Of a stretch of 64,000 nucleotides of DNA, positions 13,392-26,800 are shown one piece after another (the first letter of the stretch is position 1; every line of letters starts with the position of its first letter). Under the pieces are notes generated by a model. It made no database searches and had not been told where the DNA came from. It worked only from the letters and a program-made list of their open reading frames with translations. Source of the DNA: Adineta vaga (taxonomy: Eukaryota; Animalia; Rotifera); NCBI GenBank assembly GCA_021613535.1, contig CP075496.1, positions 11,346,001 to 11,410,000 of the forward strand. Reading direction: 5' to 3'. The position numbers were made by a program, and so were the translations under genes.

Positions 13392-14833
13392 CAAGATCAA
13401 GATTGTACTGTTCTCGATTGATTCTTTTGTGATTTTACTTCCTATCAGCTCATTTTCAATCAGATGAACTACAAATAGTGCAAAAAGAAAATGAGAAATT
13501 TCGAACAAATCTCATTGCGATCGAATTGAATTCATTATCCTACATTGAACACGAAAGTGAGAAAAAACCCGTATCGATAAATATGACGAGAATTTCAACG
13601 ATGAAACTAAAGTTAACAAAATTTGATTTTATACTTCTCACAGTTGAAATTTACTTCTATATAATCGTGAGCAATTGCAAATATCTTTCTGACTTCCTTC
13701 CTTACCTTGAGCTAGACAAAAAACAACTGTGTATATGTAAATGTCGACACAATACGAACAAATATTCTCAACAAAAAAAATCGACGAAAAAGAAAATATG
13801 AATCACATAAAAGTAGAAACTCTCTCTCTCTCACTTGTCGTATTTGTTTTATATCTCGATTTTCTTTTTTTTTGTCTGAAATGTTTGTTTTCACTCTTTC
13901 TTCTCAGCAAAGAAAAAAAACTAAAAAAATAAATTCTTTACTGCAAGACTTCATTAAAACTTGCATCTCAAATGCATCAAGAGAATGTTATTCAAACTTT
14001 AAAAAAGAAGAAAAAAGCTAATGATGATAATTTCGTAAAAAATAACAATTAGTCATAGTAGCAGTTTGAATTGACGTGGTTGATATTTTGAATCATGATT
14101 ATCTTAAACAGATCTCTCATTTTACCTAAATATTGACGTTGTTCTATCGATCACTGATATTCTCTCTTAATTAAACACAAATCATGTTAGAAAGAAAAGA
14201 AAAACGAAAAAGAAAAAGAAGAAAAAGAACATGTTAAGAATCGATGTCGTTGCTACCGTTACAGAACTACAAGTGATTTCGACAGAAGAATAGAAGAGAG
14301 AAAAATATGAACGCTTGTATCGGCTTTTTGTTTGTATCGAAAAAGGCAAACGAATGCGAATGAAAGAAAATGACATTTCATTTTGTTACGAAAGATGGAG
14401 AGATTTTGAACAATTATGTAAATAAAAAAGACAAGAAAGTCATTTTTATTGTTATTCTTTAATTTTAACAATGTAACGAATATACCTGATCGAGACTATT
14501 TCGTATAAATACAATCAGACAATGATATTGTATAACAATATGCAAATGTTATTTTGATGATTATGATTGCAGTTTTTATCATTCGAAATAATGATTATTG
14601 AATCAAAATTTTTGTTCTTGTTTCAATACTATGGAACTTTTTGTTCACTTGTGATTGATGTGTATTCATAAAATACTGTTCATCAGATTAGTTCTCTACA
14701 TAAATCTAGCGCTTATTGTATACTTGATCAGTATGCTAACCAATAAGATCCAAGGAATGAATCATAGATGAAACATACAGCACAGCATATTCTTCTTCTT
14801 GCTTGCTTGCTTGCTTTCAATTTATTCGATAAA

Positions 14834-15893
14834 ATGCAGTCAATTTTACGTGGTGGTAATCGAATATTAATATCAAGATCAACTAATGTCTATACAAACT
14901 TAGCTTTAGAACGTTATTTAGCTGAAAATATCAAACATCAATCTAAAACACGATTATTATTACTTTGGCGAAATAAACCATGTGTCGTAATCGGTCGATA
15001 TCAAAATCCATTTGCTGAAAGTGATATTCATTATCTAGCAGAAAAACAGATCGATTTAGCTCGTCGTTATTCTGGTGGTGGTAAATCTTTTTACAAAATA
15101 AAAACTAAATCTTCATAATTTTCTTCAATAGGAACATGTTATCATGATCTTGGTAAGTGACCAATACCGAAAAACGTAGTTTACACGTGTTGATTTTTAT
15201 ACTACACAATTAGGAAATTTAAATCTAACAATATTAACAACACGTCAAGATTATAATCGGAAGAAAAATCTTCAATGGGTTGTTAATACAATCAATAAGG
15301 CGTATGATTTAAATCTACATATTACCGATCGTGATGATATCTTTCTTGATCAATATAAAGTCACAGGTAGTGCATCACGTCTTGAACGTCTCTATGCATA
15401 TCATCATTTTACATTATTAATCAATTCTGATTTAAATCATTTACGACGATCATTAAAATCTCCTGATCAATCAAATATTACAAGTAAAGCAACAATGAGT
15501 GTTCGATCATCAGTATTAAATTTATCTGATCGAAATGATGAATTAACATATGAAAAAACACTTGAATTATTAATAAAAAACTTTTTCAAATGGAATAATG
15601 AATCAATCAATTCTTCAAATTATGATTATATTGATCCATTATTATATTATGAAGAAATAAAAGATTTTGAAAGTGAACTTAAATCTGATAAGTTTCTCTT
15701 TCAAGGCACACCACCATTTGTTTATACAATACAAAATGTCAAACAAACAATTGAAATAACAATTGAAAATGGACTTATAACGAATATAAAAGGAAATGAT
15801 TTCATAGATGAAAACAAACAATTTCGAGGACAATTGTTTCATTTAGTTTATGATCAAATTCGAAAATTGACGACAAATAATTTGTCGAAATAA
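14834..15893 (+). CDS. LIPT1: Lipoyltransferase 1 (LplA family), mitochondrial; exons 14834-15080, 15132-15152, 15214-15893
   Basis: NLALE, LLLWRNKPCVVIGRYQNPFAE, RRYSGGGTCYHDLGNLN, KVTGSA, YHHFTLL, ATMSVRSSVLNL. Confidence 0.92.
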
Positions 15894-15962
15894 ATATAAA
15901 TTCATTTGTGATTTGTAGAAAGATACTTCATGCTCTTTCTCGTCTTGAAGAAGAAAAGATAA

Positions 15963-16984
15963 CTAATGAGAAGAATGAATAATTGGTAGAAGAAGTTGTT
16001 CATAATCATGATATTGAAAGAAATATTTTGGATTTAATTTTATTTCATCATTGGAACGATGAAGACGACTAGGTATTCGCGGTTTTCGTAGATAATTAGG
16101 TAATGTTGAACGATCAGATAAAGCATTCAATGTTGGTTTATTCATTACTATTTCAGGAAGTTTTTTAATTGTAGAATCATCTTTTATAGGTTTTGAACGA
16201 ATTGAATTATCTATTTTATCAGACAAGTGTGTTGCACTTGTTATTGTTGGAGTTGATTCTTTTCGTTTTGGTAAGGCTTGTATAGATACATAATGATGTC
16301 TTTGACTAGTTGAATTCGCTAATTTTCTCGTGTGTAACATATGAGGTGGAGTGGAAAGTGTTAGTTGTTGTTGTTGTTGTTTCAGAGAAGAATCGACAGT
16401 TAGTGATTGAGTTCTAGTTGGTTGTTTCTTTCGATGAACTATTTGAGGTAAATGAAGTGGTGGATTAGAAACGGTAATTGAATTAATCAATATAGTTGGT
16501 GATTTACTTTGAATAACAAATGTATGTGTATATGTTGGAGAATCAGTCGAAGTTTCAGAAGAAGATAATGGTGAAGGTGTTCGATCAGTTTGTGTTTCAT
16601 GATTTTGTAATGTATTTTGTTTTTTTAAATATTCTATATAGTTTCCATACAATGGTCGAGTTTGTGTCGAATATTCAAACGGTTGTTTCGTTCGTTTGAC
16701 TAATAAATTAGGAGACATTTCTGGACTTGATGGTCCTGCATCTTCGTCGACTGGTTCTAATGTTAATGCAAATCGAACACGTTTTAGTGGACGACGTTTA
16801 TGTAAGGATGGTGTTGATAAAACAGTTGGTATATCCGAAGAAACTGGTGATACTGCTGATTTCGATGGTAAAGTCGTTTGTCCAAAATCCATCGTTGACA
16901 ATGAATCTGTATCTATATAGAATTAAAATGAAATTAGATCTCAAGAAATTTATTTTGGAAATTACTAGAAAACGGATTCGTCAT
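15963..16984 (-). CDS. Uncharacterised S/T/P-rich disordered protein with RVxF (KRVRF) motif; short first exon MTNPFS
   Basis: 312-codon open frame with genome-typical codon usage; upstream mini-exon 16984-16966 splices in phase 1 to a TAG acceptor at ~16914. Confidence 0.6.
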
Positions 16985-17812
16985 TGTCGTTGTCGTCTAT
17001 AATGTTAACGGTGCGAGTATGATGTTGATTTGTTATAAAGACTTTGTCTGGTCTTTAAATGGGAGTTGTGATGTTTGTTTTATAAAAAAAATCAATAAAA
17101 TCCAATAAAGTGAAAGACAAACTTTTTTCTCTCCTCCTAGAAATGAATCTTTACAAATGTGTCCTGTATGTCGATGGAGGAAGAAAATAATTCAAAGTCA
17201 AAAGCTTTCACTGAATGTTTCTTCATTCTTCTAAGATTTCTACCTTTTAATTAGATATTTTTGGCTTGGATTTTTTCATATTTGTTTTATTAATCAAATT
17301 TTTATTGTTGCAATGCGGACATATTCATAGAAGTTCTAATACATCAAAGAATAATTTATTGATTTTTTTTAATCGTTTTTTTTGTCGTCAGTAGTTAAAA
17401 GCTCTTTTCTTTCTTATGTCACTTATGATTGTTAAGCTTCTGATCGATTGCTGTATACTGAGAAATAATGATGAAATATTTATTGGATGACTAATCGTTG
17501 ATTTCGAGGTATTGGTAAGAATAAATTTATGAGATGTCGGATAAAGAATACTTTTCTATTTTCTATAAAGATTGAATCGAATAATTTATTTATTCATTTA
17601 AATTTTCTCACTAAAAATTTCAATTCTTTTTTACTTTAACGAAAGAAGAAAAAACAAGCTGAATGAAGATAAGATGAAGCTAACTTTAAAGAGAAACATC
17701 GACTAGAAAATATACAAATAGATATTATCATTAATATAGAAATAAAAATAGATAAAGCACGTTGGAAATCACTGTAAAGCATGTTTGTTTTACTGTTTCT
17801 TCATTCGTAATC

Positions 17813-20800
17813 TTAAGAAAGAAGTTTAACATAATTGCCTGGAAATGTTCCAAATTCCATTGAATCTCTTTGACTCGGTTTGTCCATTACTCCGCAATAC
17901 CATCCATCATCACACATTTCAATAATATTGATGATATCTCCAACATGAATTTCTAATTCATCTGGATTTTGTGGAGTATAATCGTAGAGAACTTGACACC
18001 TAGGAGAACAAATTTTGTATGTGGAAGAGAGTTTATATGAATGAAACTTACTTGCGCATTGGTAATGATACATTTGGAATAGGATTGCCTTTTTCAGATG
18101 ATATCGGTTCAGAATCAGGAGGAACTTGTTTAGGTGATTGAATTTGTTCAATTACTTGAGGATTTTTCAACAGATTATCTATAAAAACAAAAGAATTATT
18201 AAGAATACAGATGATTATCTACAGTCATAGGTACGTTAGAACTGATTAATCATAAGAATAATAGTCTAAAATATTACCTGGTGGTTCTCTTAATGTTTCC
18301 ACATAAGCTGCAGGAAAGATACCTTCAATATGATTAAGTCTTCCTTCATACCAATTTTCATCCAATCGTCGCAATAGAGTAACTTTATCACCCTTGAAAA
18401 AAAGCAAAATTTTCAATAAATTAAGATAATCTTTCTCGAAATAGAAAATTTGAACCTTTCGTAATTGTAATTCAAATGTTTTCTGTGGTATAAAATCATA
18501 TTTAACGATTGCTTCACCATCAGGTTCATATTCTGTATCATAATCACTGGACATATTTTCTTGTTCATTTTTTTCCAATGGAAATAATTCAACATGATTA
18601 AGAGGAAAGATTCCAATTATATCTTGAAATTCTCCTTCAAGCCAATCATCATTAATACGCCGCCAGACAAGAAGTATATCGCCTTTTTTAAAAGATAATT
18701 CTCTTTAGAAGAAAAAAACCAAGTCACATTTTTAATTCATATCAAACTCAAAAAAAAACAAAATTACCTGCTGGTCTGCGCATAAAAACTATGAAGAGCC
18801 AAGGCTTTATAAATTGGTTGAGAATTTAATTGACTAAATATTCATTTTCATGTCAATAGATATAAGATCATTTCTAAACTTACATCGACGGTTTTGTTTG
18901 TGTTTTTTGTTGATTTCCATTACTAACATCATGACGACTAAACCATTGCTGAAATTACAAAACTCTAGTAAACATTGCATTTCATTTCATTGATCCTACA
19001 TACTTGCTGTTCAATATGTCCATTAGCATGATTGTTTGATTTATCTATAGGATGGAAAGTTATAATCGAAAAAGTATAAAGGAATAACGTTTTCAAAAAG
19101 TTCATGGGTGTATAATTGCTATTTGCATGTTAACGTCTCATTATCTCGTTTAGTTTTCAACACATTACAATTGCATGTTTGATAGAAATCAAAACAAAAA
19201 AAAAAGAGAAAACGACGACAATGATCGATACAAACGACGTTCTTTGTACAGATCAAATGTTGATGATACACATCTGTTAAGATCATAATTAATCTTCTTT
19301 TTTTTTCCTATGTGTCAAACATTTCAACAAACAACAAAAAAAGAATTTCAAATGTAACTCATCTATTATATAATGATATTTATCAATCATAATGTCGTCT
19401 TTTTTTTTCTTCTTCCCTTTCGTTCTATTATTATTATTCAATGATTAGTTATATCTACACATGCATAAACATATTTTGTATTCTTCCTATCATAGGTGAG
19501 TATCTATTCTAATGAGAGAGTCGTCTTTATATATGTATATCTACATTTAATATTATGATTACGATTGACGATGATATACGACGACAGCGAAGAGAATAAA
19601 TCGAAATGAATATTAAAAGAAAACTATACTTGTATATCAATTCTGTTTGAGAAAAGAAAAAAATAATGCGTCCAATGATTATCAATTATAGATAATAGAA
19701 AAGAAAAACAAAACTATGTACACAAACGTCCTATTAACTCTGAATATCGAGAAGAAAGATAATATTTTATCATGCAAAATTATCTTTCTTCGTTTCATAA
19801 AGGAAAAACTGAAAAATATGTTCTCAAGGTTACGCCTTGTATGTACGAGTATTTTTAAGAAAAACATCATCTGGTGATGAAACGCTTGTTGTTTTATAGG
19901 AAGGAGTTGGTATGATTTCATCTGGATGATCCCATTCATCCACAAGTAAACTAGGAGTAATTTTATGTTCACGTTGAAGTTTCATACGTAATGGACGATA
20001 ATCAAATGATTTCGATTGTGGTAAATAATTATCAAATTGAACTGAATCATGATTTGGACTTCCATGAGTTGTATGAGAATAAAATGAATCGTGATTTGAT
20101 GGTGATGATGATGATGGCATGGCTTTATTATGTTTGGAAATTGATGAATTTGAGATTTTACCAGATTTTTCTGCTTGATGTTTATCATAACGTGAATGAC
20201 GGAGTTTTCTTCGTCTAGGTTCACTTAATGGTACTGAATAGATTTCGCTCGGATTAGCTGCACCATCACGAAATACTTCAATATAATTTCGAGATATGTT
20301 TGCTAAACTATAATCAGGTGATTGATTACGATAATCATGTGATGATCGTGTAGGTGATTGATTAAATGTAAGACTTGGTGAACGATTTTGATAATAATCA
20401 TGGCGAAATAATGGTCGATTATTATGAGAATCATTTGGTTTATATTCATAAGTCGGATATGTTATTGAATGATCACTTCCTGTTGAATCAGTTTCATAAT
20501 CAACTGCAGCACCTCCGATATGTGGTTGATCGAATTGAGGAGTTAATGGTAACCAAGATAATTTTATGTTTTGTTGATTTGGACTCTGATATGGACGTTG
20601 TTGAAGAGATGGTGCTCTTCTTGTTTGTTCACGTTCAACTGTAACTGGTATTGCTCGAGCAATTGGTAATGATCTTTCACTTAATTGTGATCGTCGTTTA
20701 TCTTGATAATCCAAATCATCTCGTCTTGTGGACGAATATCCTTTATGATCTTGCCATGTTCGTCGTTCAGGTTTGGAATGATGATCATCACGAATGATTT

Positions 20801-23800
20801 GTCGACTATTAAAATATTTGGGTTCAACATTTTGATAGGGACTTGGTGGTGATTGTTTCGATGGGACTTCACGTAATTGTGAAGGTGGAACAGATGAATA
20901 TTTTAAAACATTTCCTCGTTCATCAATATACCGATAAATAATACGTGGTTTAATTGGTGCACCAGATTGATTATAAGATCGAACCGGACTTTGTTGATAA
21001 TTCGATCTATTTGTTTGTTGTAAATCATTGAGATTTGTTGGAAATGTTGGAGTTGATGTAGGTGTATGATGTAATCGACGTTCATTGACAAGATTACGAT
21101 CTGTATCATTTGTAGCCCTATTATCGAGTTGTTTATGTGAGAGAATATTGTTATTTCTTGTTGTTAGTGGTGGAGTTGGAGATAATTGAGATGCCGGTGG
21201 TCGAACATTGTATTTTCTTAAAAACGATTCCGGAAGACGAAGAATAATTGGACTATTAATAATGGCATCAATAACTTCATAGTTTGTATATGGAGTCGTT
21301 TTCGATTTGTTTTTGTTTTTCTTCTTGTTTTTTTTATTTTGTTTTGAATCAATTAAGGATGTTTGTTCCGAAGCTGCATTAGTGCTTGTCTGTGATAATT
21401 GATTTTGGTCTTGTTTAGAGTTTTTTCTTTTTGATTTACGTGTTAATGATTGTCGAAGAATGCTCATATAATCGGAATTTTGTAAATTTGATATAATATT
21501 ATTAAAACGTGTATGTAATGTATCATTTTGTTTACTGTTAGTTGTACCGATTGGATTGTCAAGTAAAGCATCAATGACAGTAAATTCACTTGCAACTGTT
21601 TTATTATTTCGATTAACAAGAGTTATATCTGTAGGAATCGTGGTCGTTGTTGTTGTCGTTGTATTAATTAGAACGGGATTTCCTGGTGCTGATGATAAAC
21701 GTTGAGATTGATTTGTTGTCGTTGATGGTTGTGGTGGTGGTGGTGGTGGTGGTGTTGTTGTTGGTGATGATACTTGATTTTCTTGTAAAACACGAGTTAA
21801 TTGTTGAATAGCTTGATGATCATCAGTCAAACGATTAACTTGTGCTTGAGCTTGATCGAGATCAGTAACTAGATTGGTTTTTCGAACGGAAGCAGGTGAT
21901 GTATGTCGTTGATCGTGATTAGTTCTATCTAAATAAACTTGACATTGTTCTGTACGTTCGATAACAAGTGATTGTTGAGATGCATTTTGATTACTGGAAT
22001 TATCAGTAGTACGTTTTTGTATTTCTGTTGCTTGTTCAAGTAAACGATTAATAGTTGGTAATGATTCATTAGATGGCAAACTTGTTCGACTAACTAATTT
22101 CGATGGTGTCGATGTTGTCGTTGTCGTAATTGTCGTAACTATTTGTGGTGATAATTGTTGTTGATCACGTGGTGGAGAATCATAAGTAGGTGCCGATGTT
22201 TTAAAACGTTGTTCAAAGAAATCACGTTTTGCAGAAAATGATTCTTGTCCTGGTTCGTTCGATGTTGAATTTAATGGTTTTTGATTTTCAAGATTATTTC
22301 CAACATTTTGATAAAAGTTCTGTGAAGGTTGATTATATGTATCAATACCTTCAATACGTGTTGGTCGTGTTGTATCACCATCAAGTCGCCGTTTAGCTGC
22401 ACGAGCTGATTTACCCATTAATGGTGATGAATAAATACGTGTTGGACTTAATGATGGAGATTTTTGAACATAATTAAGATTATTCTCCACATACGGAACA
22501 AATTCTCTCGTCTGAGTACTACTACTTGCATTATCTCGGTCCATATACATTGTTTGATTTCGAAGAATAGATAACAAAGACAGCGGTTATTCCTTTTTGT
22601 GTCAATACGGTTGATCGCACAATAATGATGGATGATAGGCGCTCATCCGAATCTTTGTAATATGACGATGGTCCGATATATAATATTGTTATGTGTATAT
22701 TCTCTACCTGGACGTTTGTCGCCTACGAATTTTTTTTCAGCGACTTATGAGAATAGAAGAGAACGAAAGAGAAAAAAGTGAATAGGTTTGCGTCTTTATA
22801 TCTACAAGTGAAGTGTCATGGTATGGATAAATATGAGAGACAACCACGACGATAATCGATGTTGATCTTAGTGTAATTTGTGGAGGTATACGACGAGCAT
22901 ATAAATACTAGTTCTTCTTTGTCTTCTCTTCGTTAATTACGCGTCAACTTTCTGTTTTGCCTCGCTATGTCTCTTCCCCCTCTCTCTCTCTCCTGTCTTC
23001 TTCTTTCGCTTTTCTGTCATATAAAAAGAAAAACATACGTATGTTTCTCACAATCATCATCATCACACTGTGACGCTAATAGACTTGCAGGCAATAGAGA
23101 AGAAAAAAGTGGTCAGGAAAAAAAAGAAGGCAAGCGGAAAAACAAACGTAGAAAGCCTAAGTGAATGTACAATAATACTAGTAAGCGGTTATAGAAATAT
23201 AACGCTTTTGATGTGTATATATAATTTTTTCTCTTCTTTATCGTCGGTTCTGTCTCTCTTATTTCATTTGCTTGTCAACGTTTTTACACATGTAAATCAG
23301 TCTTCTATCATTTTGACTGAATGGGCATGTTGTTGATATTGATTCTTTGACGAGATTCATGCGTATACGCATATAAGAAAATGTCATCGAAATATCTCGT
23401 GTATATGTATATGTATGCATACCCTCTTTAATTTGATGATAGTCAGAGTGATAATAATGAACAACGTATGCACATGAATATATATATTCTCGTTTGATAT
23501 GACTCTTCCATGGTAATATATTATGCAAAACAATAAGAAAAATGAAATATTATATTCTTGAAAAGAAAGAAAGAAAGAACGAACGAACTAAACTAACTGA
23601 TTAAAGAGACAGAATCATAAATTAATGTCTATAAGAACAAGAAGGTTTCTTTTTTTTCTTATTCCATACAAAAACCTATTAAGCAAAACAGATCAACGTA
23701 GACGCATTTGATCAAGGTTTTGTACAAGAGACATCATATGCAACACAAGTACGACGAGTAATGATCATTTCTAATTGGTCTGTTAAAAATCAACTAGAGT

Positions 23801-26800
23801 AACTCATTTGTCTTTATTGATTTTTGATTTATCATTTATTGCAATACTGTTGATATTCGAGGTCAGTTTTATTTATGCAATCTATATCGGATCTATTTCT
23901 TTAATCTTTTTTATATTGTACCACTGATCTGAATATCGAGACAAGACAGATGTACACGATTTGTATAATGGAAAGGAAAAAAAACGAGAGCAGAAAGTGA
24001 GAGAGAGAGAGATTCAACAAGAGAAAACCTTCTGATTATCTTTCAAGGTTATCATATTCCAACACTTTTCTGCTCTCTTTTTTTTGTTAATCATAAAAAA
24101 ACATATAGAACTTTATTTCAAAAGTGAATGTATTCTTTCGGTGGTTTCGTGTTTATCGTACAAATCTTTGAAATCAAATGGAGAAAAAGTAAACTTCAAG
24201 TAGTTTTAGATGATGTAAGCACATAAAAAAAATAGATGAGAAGAAAGTAAAGGACAATGATTTCGACTATATATATACATATATGTGTTTATTGAACTAG
24301 ATCAGTAAGATTCTAATGAATTATAAACTTGAACTCATTGAAAAAATGAATGAAAACTAATCGTTTTCTTTTCTGAATAAACATTTCTGAGTATAAGAAT
24401 AATATACAAGTAGAATAAGTCATTATATCAAAAAAAAATCAAGCCATTCATCATGATAATTAAATGAATTACATAAATATCTATCTATTAACATTTATAA
24501 GATTGATTCTCTGATTTACTTAAATAAAATACATTTAACTCTATTATTGATGTACCATATAATTTTCATTAAATATCAATCGATACTGTGCTTTTTTTTC
24601 TCTTATGAAAGAACGAGGAAGAAGAAGAAGAAGAAGAAGAAAAAACTCAATTGCCTACCTCGATCATTATGAGAATAATTTTGTAAATGCTTTTTTGGAA
24701 TATCATTTGCATGTAATATTCGTTTCGAACTTAATTTTTGCTCATTATCTGATGTAGACAGACTAGAGAAAACAAATGACGAAGTCTATTAAAATATTCT
24801 TCCACATCGTTAGACATACTGATTTGAATTCGATTGTAAATTAATATTCATAGAAGAAGAAACGCATGCTGAAGTATGATTATTATCCTAAATAAGAAGG
24901 AAGATAATAGTATGTTAGTTTTTCGCTTCTTCGAAGAGTTCTTTTTTAAATCTTGCTTACGGTTTTTTGTCGTTCTGTTGAAGACGAATGAACAGGTGAC
25001 ATATACCGATCTTCAAAACGTGTTACTTTTTCTATATGACCATTATTTCGTTTGGATGGTGTACGATGATCCCTAAATACATGAAAAGATCATCAAAATG
25101 CATTATATTAGACTGCGAAACTGAACTTACTTTAAACTTGAAGTTAATGTTTGTACTGGTGAAAAAGATACTTTTCCTATAGATAAAATTCTCTTTTATT
25201 ATCAAATTATGTTAAATAATTGTTTCTCTTACGATTATCTTTATCATTTGTTTTTGTAGCTTTCCTACGTATGTGATCTTCCATGAAATCCGAATCACCG
25301 TTAAAATCGTCAGGAAATACGTATGTCGGTTTGTATGAATTCCTTTGATAGTCTAGAAAGAAATGATATCTTGGAAAATAGATATGATCTATTTATTTCT
25401 ACTAATGAATATAAAAGAGTTCAATCTCAACAGGCAACTCATCATCATCATCAATGAGAAAAGAGAAATATAGATAGACACCATCGTGCAATATAAACAG
25501 TAAGAGAATCACATATATGTATGTGATGAACGTAAAAATAACTATGGATCAATAAAGGATAAAAAAAAGTAATTAAACACTACTATCAATGTTTATATAG
25601 ATTATTTAGATAGAGATTTAGTATCGATCACATAACAAAGAAATAAAGACGAGAGAAATTTTAAAAGTTCAATATAAAATTTCATATTCTCATCATAAAC
25701 AAGTTGAACTATGTGTTATCATCAATAGACAAATAAGAGTTCTTTTTCTCTTTGCTTCAGTTTTGTATCTACTTGAAATTTATTACGTATACATATCCAT
25801 ATAGATATGACATAGTCTCGAAATACTGGATTAAAACTAATTTCATTAATAAAAATAAATTAAAATTTTTTTTACCTAGTTTACTTCCTGGTGGTTTATG
25901 TAAATTACTATACATTTGTCTATACCATTGTGATTGATTTTTGTCTGAATCACCCATTGATGGCTAAAAGATTACAAAAGATTTAAATCAACATTAATAA
26001 TCAGTCTTTATTTATCACTTCTCTTATATTCAGTCTCAACTCAATTCAAACATATTTTGTGCTCTCCTATAACATTGTCTATTCTTTCGTTCCTTTTTTG
26101 TCACATATGTATACGTATTCAGACATCAACTTATAAATCTGATATGACATTATCATATTTAAGTTTATAACTTCTTCTTCTATTTTACCTTTTATATTTC
26201 TTTATTGGACATATGTTCTTGTCTATCTATCCTTCACTGCCGATGATGTAATCATTCTATTCTCGATAGAATAATCAAGCAAGTTGGTAATAGTAATGCA
26301 AACATGGCACAAGAAAAAGAAAGGAGGTGAAAATGATGATACTGTTGTGATTCTAAGAAGATAATATGTATGAATGTAGGTCAGTAAATGATCGGCTGAC
26401 ATACAATCATATATATTGATTGATAGATAGACTTTGTTAAAGACAAAATGGGATAATTAGCGATTGAGATGAAGGATTATCTTTCGAAGAGAAAAGAAAG
26501 TATTTTATTCACTGCATCAAACAATAATATAGGATAATTTTAATTGTATGATATATATATATATTGTTTGTTATCTCATTAGATTTTTTCTGATAAATTT
26601 CTTTTTTGAATGATGAATATCAATATGTGCATATTTAATGAAAAACAAACACCTAATTCAATTGATAGATGAACATAAACTTAGCAAAGTGGGCGTAGGC
26701 AGATTCAAGGATAAATTTCGATAAGATAGGCATAATAAGAACTAAGTGCATGAAAAATGCCGTTCTTCTTTTGACGTTTGACACAGCATGAAATCGGTAG

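Noticed and set aside
13317-14471. Several short ORF-track entries
   Set aside because: Low-complexity F/K-rich translations of AT/GA-rich intergenic DNA; no domain or splice support
19982-21109. Overlapping alternative-frame and antisense ORFs in the large ORF
   Set aside because: Shadows of biased codon usage
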